Shown here: positions 6,993 to 17,328 of the stretch, piece by piece
How the letters are laid out: every line of letters starts with the position of its first letter
Position numbering within the stretch: position 1 is the first letter of the stretch
From: a virus
Virus record (IMG/VR): IMGVR_UViG_3300021961_008157
Strand: one strand, 5' to 3'
Length of the DNA: 64,000 nucleotides
Program-made: the position numbers and the translations under genes
Notes under the pieces: model-generated
The model's input: only the letters and a program-made list of their open reading frames with translations
Database searches by the model: none
Told to the model about the DNA's origin: nothing

Positions 6993-8849
6993 TTAAAAGT
7001 TATATTTTGCCGCAACATAAAAGGTCCTGCCTAATTGAGCATAACCCGATGGTTGCTCATATTTTTTATCAGTAATGTTATTTATTTTAAAACTTACTGT
7101 TAATTTTTCGTTAAACCACGATTCTTCAATGAAGAAATTATAAGTTGCTACACTATCGGCTTGAAAACGTGCAAATGTTGTACCATTTAGGTCATACATT
7201 TGTCCCATATAATTTGCTGACAGTCCAACTTTGAGATTGGGTTTTGCATGCCAAACAGCATGTGCATTACTAGACCACTGTGGGCGTCTTAGCTTTTGCA
7301 TACCTAAACTATCAATGCTGTTATTATATGTTGTATTGGTCTTTATCTCAAATTGATTAAAGCGTTTTTTAAGTGCAACCTCAACACCTTGGCTGCTCGA
7401 TACACCTGAGTCATTTTGATATGTAGCAGTAAATGTGCTTGAGTCATACACATATGCAACGGCATCTTTGGTCTTAATATAAAAGAATGTAATATCAAAC
7501 CAATCTTGTTTGTAACCAACTTCGTATGAAACGCTGCGCTCTGGATTAAGATTCGGGTTACCACTAAAACCAAAATTATCTACACCGTATAGTTCATAAA
7601 ATGTGGGCAAGCGAAAACCATTTGCTACTGATGCTTTAAAGCCATGATAGTAGCCACCAATTCGGCCAGTTAAATAACGATTATATTTTGTATTGGTATC
7701 GGCCCTGGCAGATATGTTTATTAACTGGTCTTTGTTAAACTTATATACGCTATTTGCAAATAGTGCATTATTTGTACGGCTTGAGTCTACAGTAGAAACA
7801 TACCCACCACTGGTGGTATCAATTTTTCCTGCTGTGTTTGAAAATTCATAACCAGTTGTAGTTTCGAATTTGTTAGACATTGACCAAAGTTGTGTAACTA
7901 AAACAGTATTGTTTACGCTATTAAACTTATCAATGCTGCCTTGATTATTATATTTTCTATCATGCATGCTGCGATTGTAAATTATTTTAGTACGATCATT
8001 GCTTGCACTTGCTTGAAAATTGCGCCAGCGCCAGTTGGCTGTATAGTTGTCAACATCTGCATTGCTGCTGTCTAAATTTGTAATGTTGTAATTTTGAATA
8101 TAGCCTGTGTAATAAGTCCAATCATTGGAAAACGTTTTTTGCTGTAATGCAAAGTTGTTAAAAGAATATGGATCGCGCTCACTACCACTGGCATGTACGC
8201 TAATGTTATCAGACTTTTCGTGTTCACCTTCAAAGCTGACAATGGTGTCTTGCAAACGATGCCCTAATTTAACTTTCTTGTTAAATGTTTTGTTGCTGCC
8301 ATAACTGGCCAAAACATAATTATTGGCAGTTACTGATGTGGTCATGTCAATAACACCGGCAACAGCATTTGCACCATACAAACTGCCAGCAGGCCCTTTA
8401 ATAACGCTCACACGATCAAGTCCAACTGATGAATGTTGGCTGATATCGTCGGCCCCGCTCACAGTACTTTCATCTCTAATAGAAATGCCATTTAGTGTTA
8501 GTAGTGTATGATTCGAGTCTGTTCCTCGCAAAAACAAACTGCTACTTTGCTTGGTAGTACCATTTTGCATGATGTTCATGCTAGTTGAATTAGACGTAGA
8601 TTCTTGTATGGTTCGGAATGGATCTAAATAAACAGTATTCCAGGTATAGGTACTACTAGCTTGCTCTGTAGGTGTTCTTGCTAAAACAATAGTAACACGA
8701 TATGGTTCTAAATCAACATTGGTTACATGTTGCCCGGCAACATAGACTGTTGTTAAAGATGACAGTTTGCCAACTTTTTTTATTTCATCTGCATGTGTAT
8801 AAGCAGACAAAAACAAAACAAACAAAATTACTGGAAGTTTTTTTATCAT
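6993..8849 (-). CDS. TonB-dependent outer-membrane receptor (BtuB-like)
   Basis: signal peptide; plug motifs LRGTDSNHTL and VIKGPAGSLYGANAVAGVI; NPNLNPE; C-terminal GRTFYVAAKYNF. Confidence 0.9.
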   Translation of the reverse strand: MIKKLPVILFVLFLSAYTHADEIKKVGKLSSLTTVYVAGQHVTNVDLEPYRVTIVLARTPTEQASSTYTWNTVYLDPFRTIQESTSNSTSMNIMQNGTTKQSSSLFLRGTDSNHTLLTLNGISIRDESTVSGADDISQHSSVGLDRVSVIKGPAGSLYGANAVAGVIDMTTSVTANNYVLASYGSNKTFNKKVKLGHRLQDTIVSFEGEHEKSDNISVHASGSERDPYSFNNFALQQKTFSNDWTYYTGYIQNYNITNLDSSNADVDNYTANWRWRNFQASASNDRTKIIYNRSMHDRKYNNQGSIDKFNSVNNTVLVTQLWSMSNKFETTTGYEFSNTAGKIDTTSGGYVSTVDSSRTNNALFANSVYKFNKDQLINISARADTNTKYNRYLTGRIGGYYHGFKASVANGFRLPTFYELYGVDNFGFSGNPNLNPERSVSYEVGYKQDWFDITFFYIKTKDAVAYVYDSSTFTATYQNDSGVSSSQGVEVALKKRFNQFEIKTNTTYNNSIDSLGMQKLRRPQWSSNAHAVWHAKPNLKVGLSANYMGQMYDLNGTTFARFQADSVATYNFFIEESWFNEKLTVSFKINNITDKKYEQPSGYAQLGRTFYVAAKYNF

Positions 8850-8880
8850 TATAGTACTGTTTAAATAAATTTTATTTCAA

Positions 8881-8958
8881 TGGCGCGACTGGAAGGATTC
8901 GAACCCTCGACCCTGGAGGTAGAAGCTCCATGCTCTAATCCAGCTGAGCTACAGCCGC
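8881..8958 (-). tRNA. tRNA-Arg (TCT)
   Basis: canonical cloverleaf, loop CTTCTAC, CCA. Confidence 0.95.
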
Positions 8959-8963
8959 AAACG

Positions 8964-8992
8964 ATTATACTATAAAAGATGCTTTAAGTCAA
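8964..8992 (-). promoter_or_regulatory. sigma70-type promoter for tRNA-Arg
   Basis: TTGACT-N17-TATAAT. Confidence 0.7.
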
Positions 8993-9941
8993 CACGGTCA
9001 ACTGCCTGTTGGAATGGATTTGATTCGAGCAACCGTAAGTTATGTTCAAAACGGGCACAACTGCTTTGTATAAAATTGTTGACTTTCTCAAAATTACTCA
9101 GCAAATCAAGATTGCGTTCTATAGCATAGTAACAACGATCAAAAGGATCCGACATATTTTGGTAACTGTGATCTACAACGTCGTCAAAAACGTCAAACCC
9201 CCACTCACGCATAATGTCAGCACAGCGCCAACCACCAACCCATAACGGCAGCGTGCCACTGTATATACTCATTATGGTTTTTTCGGTTATTATAGTTTCC
9301 CTTTCAAAAAAAGCCGGCTCGGTGATGATGCTTACGCATGACGGTTCAAAAATTTCTTTTTGAAGAAATCGACGGTAATTTTCCGAGCTTTCAACGTTTT
9401 TCTGTTGTAGTCCCCGATCTAACAAATTTTCTTGTCCTAATAAAAAATGTTTTGTGCTGATGTTAACTGGTGTGTTTGTAATCAATGGCGCATACTTTTC
9501 TGACAATTGTGCTAATCTGCTAACAGAAACTGTGGGATTTTTCCAGCATAAGGTATAGGTGTAATTGGTCAGTTTAAAATGTTCAATTAATACCAGCAGG
9601 AACTCTCGATGTAGCCGCGGCTTATTAATCATGAAATTAAAACATCGACTGCGTTGTGACCAATCAGGTATGATACCTTCGCTAATAAATGTTTGTGTTT
9701 CTTTAGCTAAAAATTTTGGATAAAGCACTATATTATAGTTTTTTAGTTCATCATCGTGGCACAGGACATGATCTATTAACAACACATGATTGTGTGGATC
9801 ACAGGTGCTATTATCTAATAATGCTTTTACATGAAAACAGCGATCGTTTTCATTATAATGATGATCGTTTACAAATATCACTTCGGGCTCGGTTAATACT
9901 TCGCCTGAGTAGGCATAACTAGGTCCGTGAATTTTTAACAT
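8970..9941 (-). CDS. hypothetical protein, possible GT-B glycosyltransferase-like family
   Basis: ITEKT and GFDVFDDVVDHSY motifs shared with 9935-10870 and 34483-35571. Confidence 0.55.
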   Translation of the reverse strand: MLKIHGPSYAYSGEVLTEPEVIFVNDHHYNENDRCFHVKALLDNSTCDPHNHVLLIDHVLCHDDELKNYNIVLYPKFLAKETQTFISEGIIPDWSQRSRCFNFMINKPRLHREFLLVLIEHFKLTNYTYTLCWKNPTVSVSRLAQLSEKYAPLITNTPVNISTKHFLLGQENLLDRGLQQKNVESSENYRRFLQKEIFEPSCVSIITEPAFFERETIITEKTIMSIYSGTLPLWVGGWRCADIMREWGFDVFDDVVDHSYQNMSDPFDRCYYAIERNLDLLSNFEKVNNFIQSSCARFEHNLRLLESNPFQQAVDRVDLKHLL

Positions 9942-10870
9942 ATTTGATCTAGGATGTGGTTAAATTTATTGGGCCATGCTTGCTCAAATTCGAGTAAAAG
10001 ACTTCGATTATGTTCAGCAGCACATTTAAATCTGATGTAGTCATTGTCACTATATTCACAATTAACAAAGGATTTCAGTTGTTCAACTATTTGAAGTAAT
10101 CTTTTACTATGATCTGCTATTTGGTCGTAGTTATGATCAACATAGTCATCTAGTACGTCAAATCCATAACTTTTTAAATATTTAACTGATTGGGGACTAC
10201 AGTAGAGCAGCCAGGGACGCGGCATTTGTAGTGCTCTAAATATTTTTTCACTAAAAGTAATATGACTGTCACTAGCGTAAGTTTCTAATACCACACTTAC
10301 TTTTGAGTCAATTATGCAAGATTCTAAGCCTTTATAATTTTCAATATTACTGTAGGGAATTTTTGATCTCATTGTCTGGTGCTCGTAATTGTATTCTTCT
10401 AAACCAGATTCAATATACTGCCAATCATAATTGTTTTGCCTCAACAGTATTGTATCTGGATCTGTTATTCCAAGGCGCTGACAATTAAAACTTACTAAGC
10501 CGTGCTCTAACAAATTATTTCTAACTAACTCGTAAAACATTTGTGAACGATTGCCATCGGCACGATTCATAAAACAATTATAAGCATAGCTAGGAATTTT
10601 TTCAACATACACTGGATTATAATGATTGATGTGCCAGTATTCGGGCACAACTGATAACAATTTTCCTTTGATTGGTTTTAGTGGTATGTTGTCAGTTATG
10701 ACTATATCATTTGTCCATGCCGCAGGATCATGCATAAACACGCTATCGATTAGGCACCACGATACATCTGTACGATCTTTAAGAACTTGGTTAAGACATT
10801 GATTAATTGCATTTTCTCTATCTTGAAAACACCATGACTGCTCGTGTATAATCTGTTTTGGGTTAAACAT
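9935..10870 (-). CDS. hypothetical protein, paralog of 8970-9941
   Basis: FSEKIFRAL and GFDVLDDYVDHNYD. Confidence 0.55.
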   Translation of the reverse strand: MFNPKQIIHEQSWCFQDRENAINQCLNQVLKDRTDVSWCLIDSVFMHDPAAWTNDIVITDNIPLKPIKGKLLSVVPEYWHINHYNPVYVEKIPSYAYNCFMNRADGNRSQMFYELVRNNLLEHGLVSFNCQRLGITDPDTILLRQNNYDWQYIESGLEEYNYEHQTMRSKIPYSNIENYKGLESCIIDSKVSVVLETYASDSHITFSEKIFRALQMPRPWLLYCSPQSVKYLKSYGFDVLDDYVDHNYDQIADHSKRLLQIVEQLKSFVNCEYSDNDYIRFKCAAEHNRSLLLEFEQAWPNKFNHILDQIC

Positions 10871-10922
10871 TGGAAATTGTTAATAGTTTTTTCTAGTTGA
10901 ATGCTGCCAAATAAGTACTTAT

Positions 10923-11618
10923 ATGGAATACTGGAACAATCCTATAAAAAAATATAAGTGGCCTTGCGCCGAAGATCCTGTTGTTGAAAGTTTTCATAAT
11001 GGGCAACATTGTTTGTTTTATAACCCTGCAATTCCAATAGCAGAAATAAAATATAATACACCATTGATACAATATATTAAATGGGCCAACGATGCTGTAC
11101 ACAATATTGGGATTGATAACACCTCAGATCAAACTCAACTTAGCAAGATTTTAAAAATAAATCTTTTAGTTGAACATATACAAGCTCATGGTATAGTTAA
11201 ACCAATATTAGTGTACTACACCGGATCTAAATTTGTAACATTGACCGGTGATGGTAAACTCCGAGCACTCGAATGTTTGCCAAACTTAACTACCACTGTC
11301 CCGGTGTTTATAACTACTGCAACTTGTTATAAAGATCGACTAGAAGAGTCTACAGGCATGATGCCTATTAGAACATTTAATGAATTTGCCGGTGTATTTG
11401 ACGCAAAAATTGGCCAACAATTTTTATTTACGCTAACCGATTCTAATGCCCCATATGGAATGTATTGGTATGAATATGCCAGCCCGCTAACCGCTAATGT
11501 AACGCCCGATGTTGATGATTCAATCAAGATGCTTAAATCTTATTTTAGCAAACACCTTAACACTCAACTATCCGTTGATTGGTTTACCACTCCGATTGAT
11601 TGGTCTCAATATCAATAA
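10923..11618 (+). CDS. hypothetical protein with ParB/Srx-like segment
   Basis: HGIVKPILV...TGDGKLRAL. Confidence 0.45.
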   Translation: MEYWNNPIKKYKWPCAEDPVVESFHNGQHCLFYNPAIPIAEIKYNTPLIQYIKWANDAVHNIGIDNTSDQTQLSKILKINLLVEHIQAHGIVKPILVYYTGSKFVTLTGDGKLRALECLPNLTTTVPVFITTATCYKDRLEESTGMMPIRTFNEFAGVFDAKIGQQFLFTLTDSNAPYGMYWYEYASPLTANVTPDVDDSIKMLKSYFSKHLNTQLSVDWFTTPIDWSQYQ

Positions 11619-11986
11619 CTTTCTAAAAATTTTTCTATATCACCATACAGTTGCGCTGCCACTGCTTCTCGACTCCCAAACATGTAGACTTTAACTGGCA
11701 CATGTTTTACTACTTCTATGTAGTAAGGCATTTGTAGTTTGCGATCAAGTGTTAAAATAATGCGTGTAAGAATAACTCGTTTATTAGTAATGGGTTTGAC
11801 TTCTATTCCATAGTGCGCTAAATTTAGCACACGACTTAATACATAAAAGCCATGGTCAGTTAATCGCATGCCGCCGTTTTTGCGTATGTTTATCCACCAG
11901 GTTTTTAGGGCCAAATCAACAGACTCTTTAAACTCTTCCGGCAGCTCTTCAACCAGCCGTTCAGTAAGTTTCAGTTTGTCGCGCAC
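11612..11986 (-). CDS. hypothetical protein
   Basis: 124 aa ORF, translationally coupled to neighbour. Confidence 0.7.
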   Translation of the reverse strand: MRDKLKLTERLVEELPEEFKESVDLALKTWWINIRKNGGMRLTDHGFYVLSRVLNLAHYGIEVKPITNKRVILTRIILTLDRKLQMPYYIEVVKHVPVKVYMFGSREAVAAQLYGDIEKFLESY

Positions 11987-12282
11987 TAGTTTTGGGGCGT
12001 GACTGTTTCGCCTTGTGTTAATAGTACCACACTAAACTTGTCAGTTTTAAACTGTGCGTTTAGTTTCTTGGCAAGATTGTGTGCATGGCCAGGATTAGAA
12101 AAGCTGACCTTTTTATACTTGGGCCCAGGCTGTTGAACCAGCATGTTGCTGGTTTTGAGATTGATTGGTGTATTGTCAAAAAATACTGCCCAAACGCCTG
12201 CTGACGACAGCACCTGCTCAGTCTTGTAAGTGGTCTTATTTGTCAGTTCAAGTAGAACCTTAGGTTTGGGTCTTGACATCAT
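11986..12282 (-). CDS. basic hypothetical protein
   Basis: 98 aa, GGAG RBS, TAAATA upstream. Confidence 0.75.
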   Translation of the reverse strand: MMSRPKPKVLLELTNKTTYKTEQVLSSAGVWAVFFDNTPINLKTSNMLVQQPGPKYKKVSFSNPGHAHNLAKKLNAQFKTDKFSVVLLTQGETVTPQN

Positions 12283-12321
12283 TAAACTCCAACATTTATT
12301 TATCAGAAATGTATGTAGTTT

Positions 12322-12531
12322 TTAAAATGATCCGCCTTCAACTTCAACTGTTATCGTATCATTTTGTTGTGCGGCCACTGCTACTTCACGTAAATTGTTT
12401 AATGTTAACAATAACTTAGTGATGTCAGCATGCAGGTCTTTGGCGTCCTTCATTGGCATGGTAAAGTCTTTGGCAGCCCGCGCTTCGAAGCCTTGCACCC
12501 GCTCGATAAACTTTTGTATGTGTATGCTCAT
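12322..12531 (-). CDS. hypothetical protein
   Basis: 69 aa, ATGA overlap with upstream gene. Confidence 0.7.
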   Translation of the reverse strand: MSIHIQKFIERVQGFEARAAKDFTMPMKDAKDLHADITKLLLTLNNLREVAVAAQQNDTITVEVEGGSF

Positions 12532-12893
12532 TTTTTAACAAAGGATGTTAGATCAGGAGGTGTCCATCCCAATGGTTTAAGAACCTTCCCATCATCACGC
12601 TTCCGTACCTTTCCAGTTTGCTTGTCAATTTTGGCAAAGTTAGAACGCATAACTTCCTTCCAAGCACCTTCGGCATCGCTGCCCATTGAGTGAATAGCAC
12701 CAATGGTAACAACTAAGATATCAATTAGCGCATCCAACTGCTCAACACGATCATTGGTATCAACGGCTTGTTGTAGTTCACCAACTTCTTCGGCAATAAG
12801 TTTTAGGTACAAATCAAATTGATCTTGATTGCTACGATCTACTGATTGATCGCAGGCTTGCATAAATTTCTCTTGATCACGAAATGGATTCAT
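12528..12893 (-). CDS. MazG-like NTP pyrophosphohydrolase
   Basis: LIAEEVGEL, DALIDILVV, EVMRSNFAK, DGKVLKP. Confidence 0.85.
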   Translation of the reverse strand: MNPFRDQEKFMQACDQSVDRSNQDQFDLYLKLIAEEVGELQQAVDTNDRVEQLDALIDILVVTIGAIHSMGSDAEGAWKEVMRSNFAKIDKQTGKVRKRDDGKVLKPLGWTPPDLTSFVKK

Positions 12894-13327
12894 ACTGTTA
12901 CTTCTTCTTTTGTGTGGAATGGGCCTTGGTAGGGATAGCGTTGTAGTGCAATCAGTTTAGGATCTTGTATTACCCGCCACTTTCGCCCACGTTTGATTGA
13001 ATACCACCCAGCAGCAAACCAGGACTTGCTTTTTTTAGTTTTGGTGTATAAGGGCAAGCGATGCACCACATCCCAAACTGGATTGTAACAGCGGCCTGCT
13101 GCGGAAAATCCATGCACCGTGCCAACTTCGGGCTTGACACGTGGAGGATTTTTTTCAAACGTAATATTTGATTCTCGTGCTGCAAGTTTAATAGTTTTAA
13201 ACTGCTTGACTTGATCATGAATACGAACTTGATAACCACCGTTTAGTGCTTCAATGTTGCCAACTTTTTGATCTTCTTCTTGTAATATCCAGTATTGTTT
13301 ATCAGCTACTACTTTAGCTACTAACAT
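12890..13327 (-). CDS. hypothetical protein
   Basis: 145 aa ORF in operon. Confidence 0.7.
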   Translation of the reverse strand: MLVAKVVADKQYWILQEEDQKVGNIEALNGGYQVRIHDQVKQFKTIKLAARESNITFEKNPPRVKPEVGTVHGFSAAGRCYNPVWDVVHRLPLYTKTKKSKSWFAAGWYSIKRGRKWRVIQDPKLIALQRYPYQGPFHTKEEVTV

Positions 13328-14321
13328 CTAATACTCCTTTGTAAGTTTCGTTTAACCAACGACCAAAACTTTCCGCGTTGTCGCCGCATCTGTTAAGATC
13401 GTATTTGCCACAGAACTGCATAAATCTCACACCCACTTGACCAATGTCCTTTCGCGACACCTGTTCAATGATAGCCAAGTCCACCGCATCTTTGACTGCC
13501 TGCGGTTGACAAGTAAGATCAATCAACTCACGATTGCGCTCATAATCGTCTAGCACACGATGTTCTTCACCATTGTGATCAGTCCATCGTTGTAGCATCA
13601 TATTGTTCCAGTTATAGCCACGAGCTTTACGGTCCTCAAATGCTTCTTGTAATCCCACTTTGTTTTTGGTGCCCTTGGTGCGAACACCGGGATAAGCGGA
13701 AAAAATGTTATCGCTAGTATCACCGCGCATGCATTTTTCAAACAGGAGCCACGCAGGATCGGGAATTTTTTTAGGTTCCTTAGTTTTCTTATCAATCACA
13801 GGATTGCCTTTAGCATCAAAAATGCCTTCTGTGGTAATAAGTTCATCGGTAATACCATTATACTGCTTTACATTGGGCGCAACCAACTGAACAAAGTCAG
13901 TGTCGCTGCTGATAATAATGTGCTCGTCTTGGGGGTGTAAATCAATCCAACGTGCAATGATGTCATCGCCCTCGGCTGTGGGGCAACGAAGCACACTACA
14001 GTTGGTTCGTTCTGACAAGTATTTAGTCAAATTATCATACGTTTCCCAGAACATTTTGTCTTCTTCTGCTTCTGCTTCAGTAAGAGCGGCGCGAGCTACA
14101 GCACGGTTGGCTTTGTAGGGTTTGTAATAGTCCTTGCGCCAACTACGCCCTTCTAGAGCAAAAACCACGTGATCTGCTTCAAAACGGCGCACAACTTTAT
14201 TGGCGCTCATTAGTGTAGTGTGTAATGCTACACCAACTTTCTCCCAAGGATCTGAAGCGCGAAAAGCCGTGTGCCGAGCACGGAAGAACATGTTGGCAGT
14301 ATCAATTAGAACGTATTTCAT
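13314..14321 (-). CDS. rnh: 5'-3' exonuclease / T4 RNase H-like flap nuclease
   Basis: LIDTAN, EGDDIIA, SSDTDFVQL and GDTSDNI motifs. Confidence 0.88.
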   Translation of the reverse strand: MKYVLIDTANMFFRARHTAFRASDPWEKVGVALHTTLMSANKVVRRFEADHVVFALEGRSWRKDYYKPYKANRAVARAALTEAEAEEDKMFWETYDNLTKYLSERTNCSVLRCPTAEGDDIIARWIDLHPQDEHIIISSDTDFVQLVAPNVKQYNGITDELITTEGIFDAKGNPVIDKKTKEPKKIPDPAWLLFEKCMRGDTSDNIFSAYPGVRTKGTKNKVGLQEAFEDRKARGYNWNNMMLQRWTDHNGEEHRVLDDYERNRELIDLTCQPQAVKDAVDLAIIEQVSRKDIGQVGVRFMQFCGKYDLNRCGDNAESFGRWLNETYKGVLDVSS

Positions 14322-14327
14322 AGTCTA

Positions 14328-14356
14328 ATTATAGCAGAAATACCAATATAAGTCAA
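14328..14356 (-). promoter_or_regulatory. sigma70-type promoter (probably leaderless mRNA)
   Basis: TTGACT-N17-TATAAT, 6 nt before the ATG. Confidence 0.7.
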
Positions 14357-15063
14357 TTGATGATTTGATTAGCAATAATGTATTTTAACATGTGGCGATT
14401 CCAAAATGCATGCCCGTCCTTACCAAAATGCCACGATTCGGGCAAGACTGTTTGGATACCCGCGGCCCGTATCCGAGCGTTGTATGTGCCTTCGGACTCA
14501 TAAGGATCCATATAACTGACTCCCCAATCCTTCCGATCACCAGCGGCTATACTGCTAAAGTCATTGTTGCCATTGAAGAAAATGTGCTTGATTCCTTGCT
14601 CTTTTAATTCGGTGTGCAACTGCCAAATTTCTTCATGTGCCGCTTGTGTTTTTGCCCGCCAATCAGAGTCGACCACAAACTCTTTGTAGCGTTGTTGAGC
14701 CGACTCGGGCACATCATCAGTGCCGCTGGCGCCCACTTGATGGTAAACACCATCAATCAACCACTCTTCGCGTTCCCAAGTTGACCACTGAATAACTACC
14801 AGCAGTTCGCTGAAGTTTTTTATCTTTTTCAAAAACTCTCGTGTGGTGCGCATAATGCGAGCGTTGCTGCTGCCACTTTCAGCACCACAGTGAAAACTGG
14901 CCCGCATTGCTTCGCTTAGCCGCCGCCCCCAACTTACTGCTAGATTTTCTGGATGCGGATAACGCCCTTGGTAAAATAGCGCAGGATCATCCATTGCAAA
15001 CGCATGTGGATTGACTGCTTCAGCAGCCGCGGTATGGCTATCCCCGTTTACATACAGTATCAT
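14353..15063 (-). CDS. SGNH hydrolase-like protein
   Basis: NGDSHT, GSSN and distal H motifs. Confidence 0.6.
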   Translation of the reverse strand: MILYVNGDSHTAAAEAVNPHAFAMDDPALFYQGRYPHPENLAVSWGRRLSEAMRASFHCGAESGSSNARIMRTTREFLKKIKNFSELLVVIQWSTWEREEWLIDGVYHQVGASGTDDVPESAQQRYKEFVVDSDWRAKTQAAHEEIWQLHTELKEQGIKHIFFNGNNDFSSIAAGDRKDWGVSYMDPYESEGTYNARIRAAGIQTVLPESWHFGKDGHAFWNRHMLKYIIANQIIN

Positions 15064-15446
15064 TAGGAAACTTCCGTCCTACCATCGCCAATGTCGCGAC
15101 TCTTAACTACACGATTGGGATTGTTAGCCATTTCCTGTTCCCATGTTTCCATAACCACATGGCGGCAAACATTTTGGAACCAACGATCCACAATGTCTGA
15201 ATCCTTATCATCGGGACGCCCTTGGTATCCTGCTCGTACCAAATTGGCAACAAACTTGTCATTCCAATCTAACTCAAATGAACCTTGGTGTAGGTTTTCA
15301 GGATCAATGTCCATACTTAAAATAGCTACCCATGGCTCGCCACGCTCGGTAGCCAACTCTTTTTCGCTTTTTTGTGGTGCCTTAGGCTTTTCAACCTTAG
15401 GCTCTTTAATTTCAGGCTTCTTTTTAAATCGATCAAAAAATCCCAT
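15063..15446 (-). CDS. hypothetical protein
   Basis: start at MGFFDRF after an AAGGA RBS; FELDWN motif. Confidence 0.7.
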   Translation of the reverse strand: MGFFDRFKKKPEIKEPKVEKPKAPQKSEKELATERGEPWVAILSMDIDPENLHQGSFELDWNDKFVANLVRAGYQGRPDDKDSDIVDRWFQNVCRHVVMETWEQEMANNPNRVVKSRDIGDGRTEVS

Positions 15447-15456
15447 TTGTTTTCCT

Positions 15457-16347
15457 TTATGCAAGACTTGTGTATAAGTGTTGTTGCAAGTTTAGTTTAA
15501 GACCGTGCTCAATGCAATACTGTCCAACATACTCGTGATTGCGTTGATTTGCTTCGAGATTTAATAAACCTGGTTCCCAGAAGCTGATAACTTCGTCCAC
15601 TGTACTACGCTCTGTCATGGTAATCTGTCCCTTCTCTGCTCGCAATAGTTTAATCTTTTGCGGAAAACTATTATAAACATTCATTGGACTTACATAGATA
15701 TCTCGACCTGTTTGTTCCTTCCACTCAAGTGCCCAATCTGGCACTTCGGCGTATGGACTGCCTTCAGTTGCTTCCATAACAAATTTTAAGCAATTGGCAC
15801 GTTCAAGAATTGTTTTGCTGGGAGCATAATATCTAACTGCCTTGCCTTCCTTCTCCATACACTTTGGAGAGCATACTAGCGTTACGCCTAGTGGCACATC
15901 AGTAGATAAAATGCCATTGCTTTCAACCTGAACTGCTTTAAACTTGGGCAGTTGCTGCCGCATGAACTCGCTGATGTTGTCTTGTAACAGCGGCTCACCA
16001 CCTGTCATCACTAATACAATGTTGGGAAAATCAACCAATCGTGTGTTTATATCTGCAACAGGTACAGCCCACAGTGGCACTAGTTTGCCTTTACTGGTCC
16101 AGAAGCTGGTGATAGTGTCATACATTTTGCGTTCAATGTCCGCAAACGTCATCCAGTCACCGTCGTCAAAGAAAGTGTCACAAAATGAGCAATCTAAATT
16201 ACATTTAGCCAGTCGAATGAATAGCGCAGGTTGACCAGCGAAAGGCCCCTCACCTTGTAGGGTGAAGAACATACTGGTTACAAAAAGTTTTTCAGGTTCT
16301 GTATCCTTGAAGAACTTCTTCCCTATGATTTCATTAGTACCAAACAT
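15457..16347 (-). CDS. queE: 7-carboxy-7-deazaguanine synthase (radical SAM)
   Basis: FFTLQGEG, CNLDCSFCDT (CxxxCxxC), TGGEPLLQ, ESNG, CSPK, LQQH. Confidence 0.9.
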   Translation of the reverse strand: MFGTNEIIGKKFFKDTEPEKLFVTSMFFTLQGEGPFAGQPALFIRLAKCNLDCSFCDTFFDDGDWMTFADIERKMYDTITSFWTSKGKLVPLWAVPVADINTRLVDFPNIVLVMTGGEPLLQDNISEFMRQQLPKFKAVQVESNGILSTDVPLGVTLVCSPKCMEKEGKAVRYYAPSKTILERANCLKFVMEATEGSPYAEVPDWALEWKEQTGRDIYVSPMNVYNSFPQKIKLLRAEKGQITMTERSTVDEVISFWEPGLLNLEANQRNHEYVGQYCIEHGLKLNLQQHLYTSLA

Positions 16348-16348
16348 A

Positions 16349-16975
16349 TTATTCCTTGCTAAATCTTCCTAAGATTACCCCACTGTTTTGTCTATAACCT
16401 TCGTTGTGCAAATGGCGATAACCTTGCAGCAACAAAAATGGAACAGCAGCAGAACACTTCCCGATAAACACACCTTCATTTGGATGATACCAAGTATCAT
16501 CGCAAACAATAATACTATTTTCTGTCATCCTACGCATGAGTAAAATTGCTTGTAGCAAATGTGTTTGTTGACTACTTAGATTAGTCATTTCAATGTTCAT
16601 TAAATCTCTGTAGCGTTGTTTCACATCTGCTACAAATGACTCTTCGGCACCACCAAGCCAATAATCCCAATCAAAGTTATCAAGATATGCCAGCGATATT
16701 TTAACATTGGGATCTAAGTGTTCTAAAAACTGTTCTCCACGAGCATGCACTAATTTTACATGATCTGGTAGTCGGTTGTCAACCTTCAAGTTATCGGCTG
16801 CGCGATTGATTTGATCTGCGTCAACATCCACACCATAAAAATCTACGCCACGCTCTAAACATAAATCAGCAAAAAATCGAGTGCTGCCCTCACCGCGATC
16901 TACTCCAATTTCAACCCAACTGCCATTGTCAATAGCGTCAATAAACTTTGTTATGTTACGATAGTAAGTACCCAT
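16349..16975 (-). CDS. class I SAM-dependent methyltransferase-like protein
   Basis: VEIGVDRG, YLD and VCDD motifs. Confidence 0.65.
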   Translation of the reverse strand: MGTYYRNITKFIDAIDNGSWVEIGVDRGEGSTRFFADLCLERGVDFYGVDVDADQINRAADNLKVDNRLPDHVKLVHARGEQFLEHLDPNVKISLAYLDNFDWDYWLGGAEESFVADVKQRYRDLMNIEMTNLSSQQTHLLQAILLMRRMTENSIIVCDDTWYHPNEGVFIGKCSAAVPFLLLQGYRHLHNEGYRQNSGVILGRFSKE

Positions 16976-17328
16976 TATTTTTTCTGTCCTTTAAGAATAT
17001 TCCATGCATTGGTTTTTTCCAATAACTGTTTTTCTAATTTTCTATATTGGTCACCCAACTGCTTTAGCTCATCCCACTCTTGCTCTAATTCTGGATTTGG
17101 GTTGAGTAAGGCCAATCGAGATTCGATATTTTCAATGGCTTTCAGCAAACTTTTGTCCCCGACTGTAATATCACAACCATCCTTGAGTGTAATACCTTCA
17201 TCCCCAAATTGTACTGCTTGTTCGGAATAATCATTCCATGTAACACTCCCAGATGCATATTCGGTGTTGATAGAATAAGTTGTGCTGTCGTCCAAATTAA
17301 TAGTTAATGTATCAAGTGTGTCAGTCAT
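16975..17328 (-). CDS. hypothetical coiled-coil protein
   Basis: start at MTDTL with ATGA overlap. Confidence 0.65.
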   Translation of the reverse strand: MTDTLDTLTINLDDSTTYSINTEYASGSVTWNDYSEQAVQFGDEGITLKDGCDITVGDKSLLKAIENIESRLALLNPNPELEQEWDELKQLGDQYRKLEKQLLEKTNAWNILKGQKK

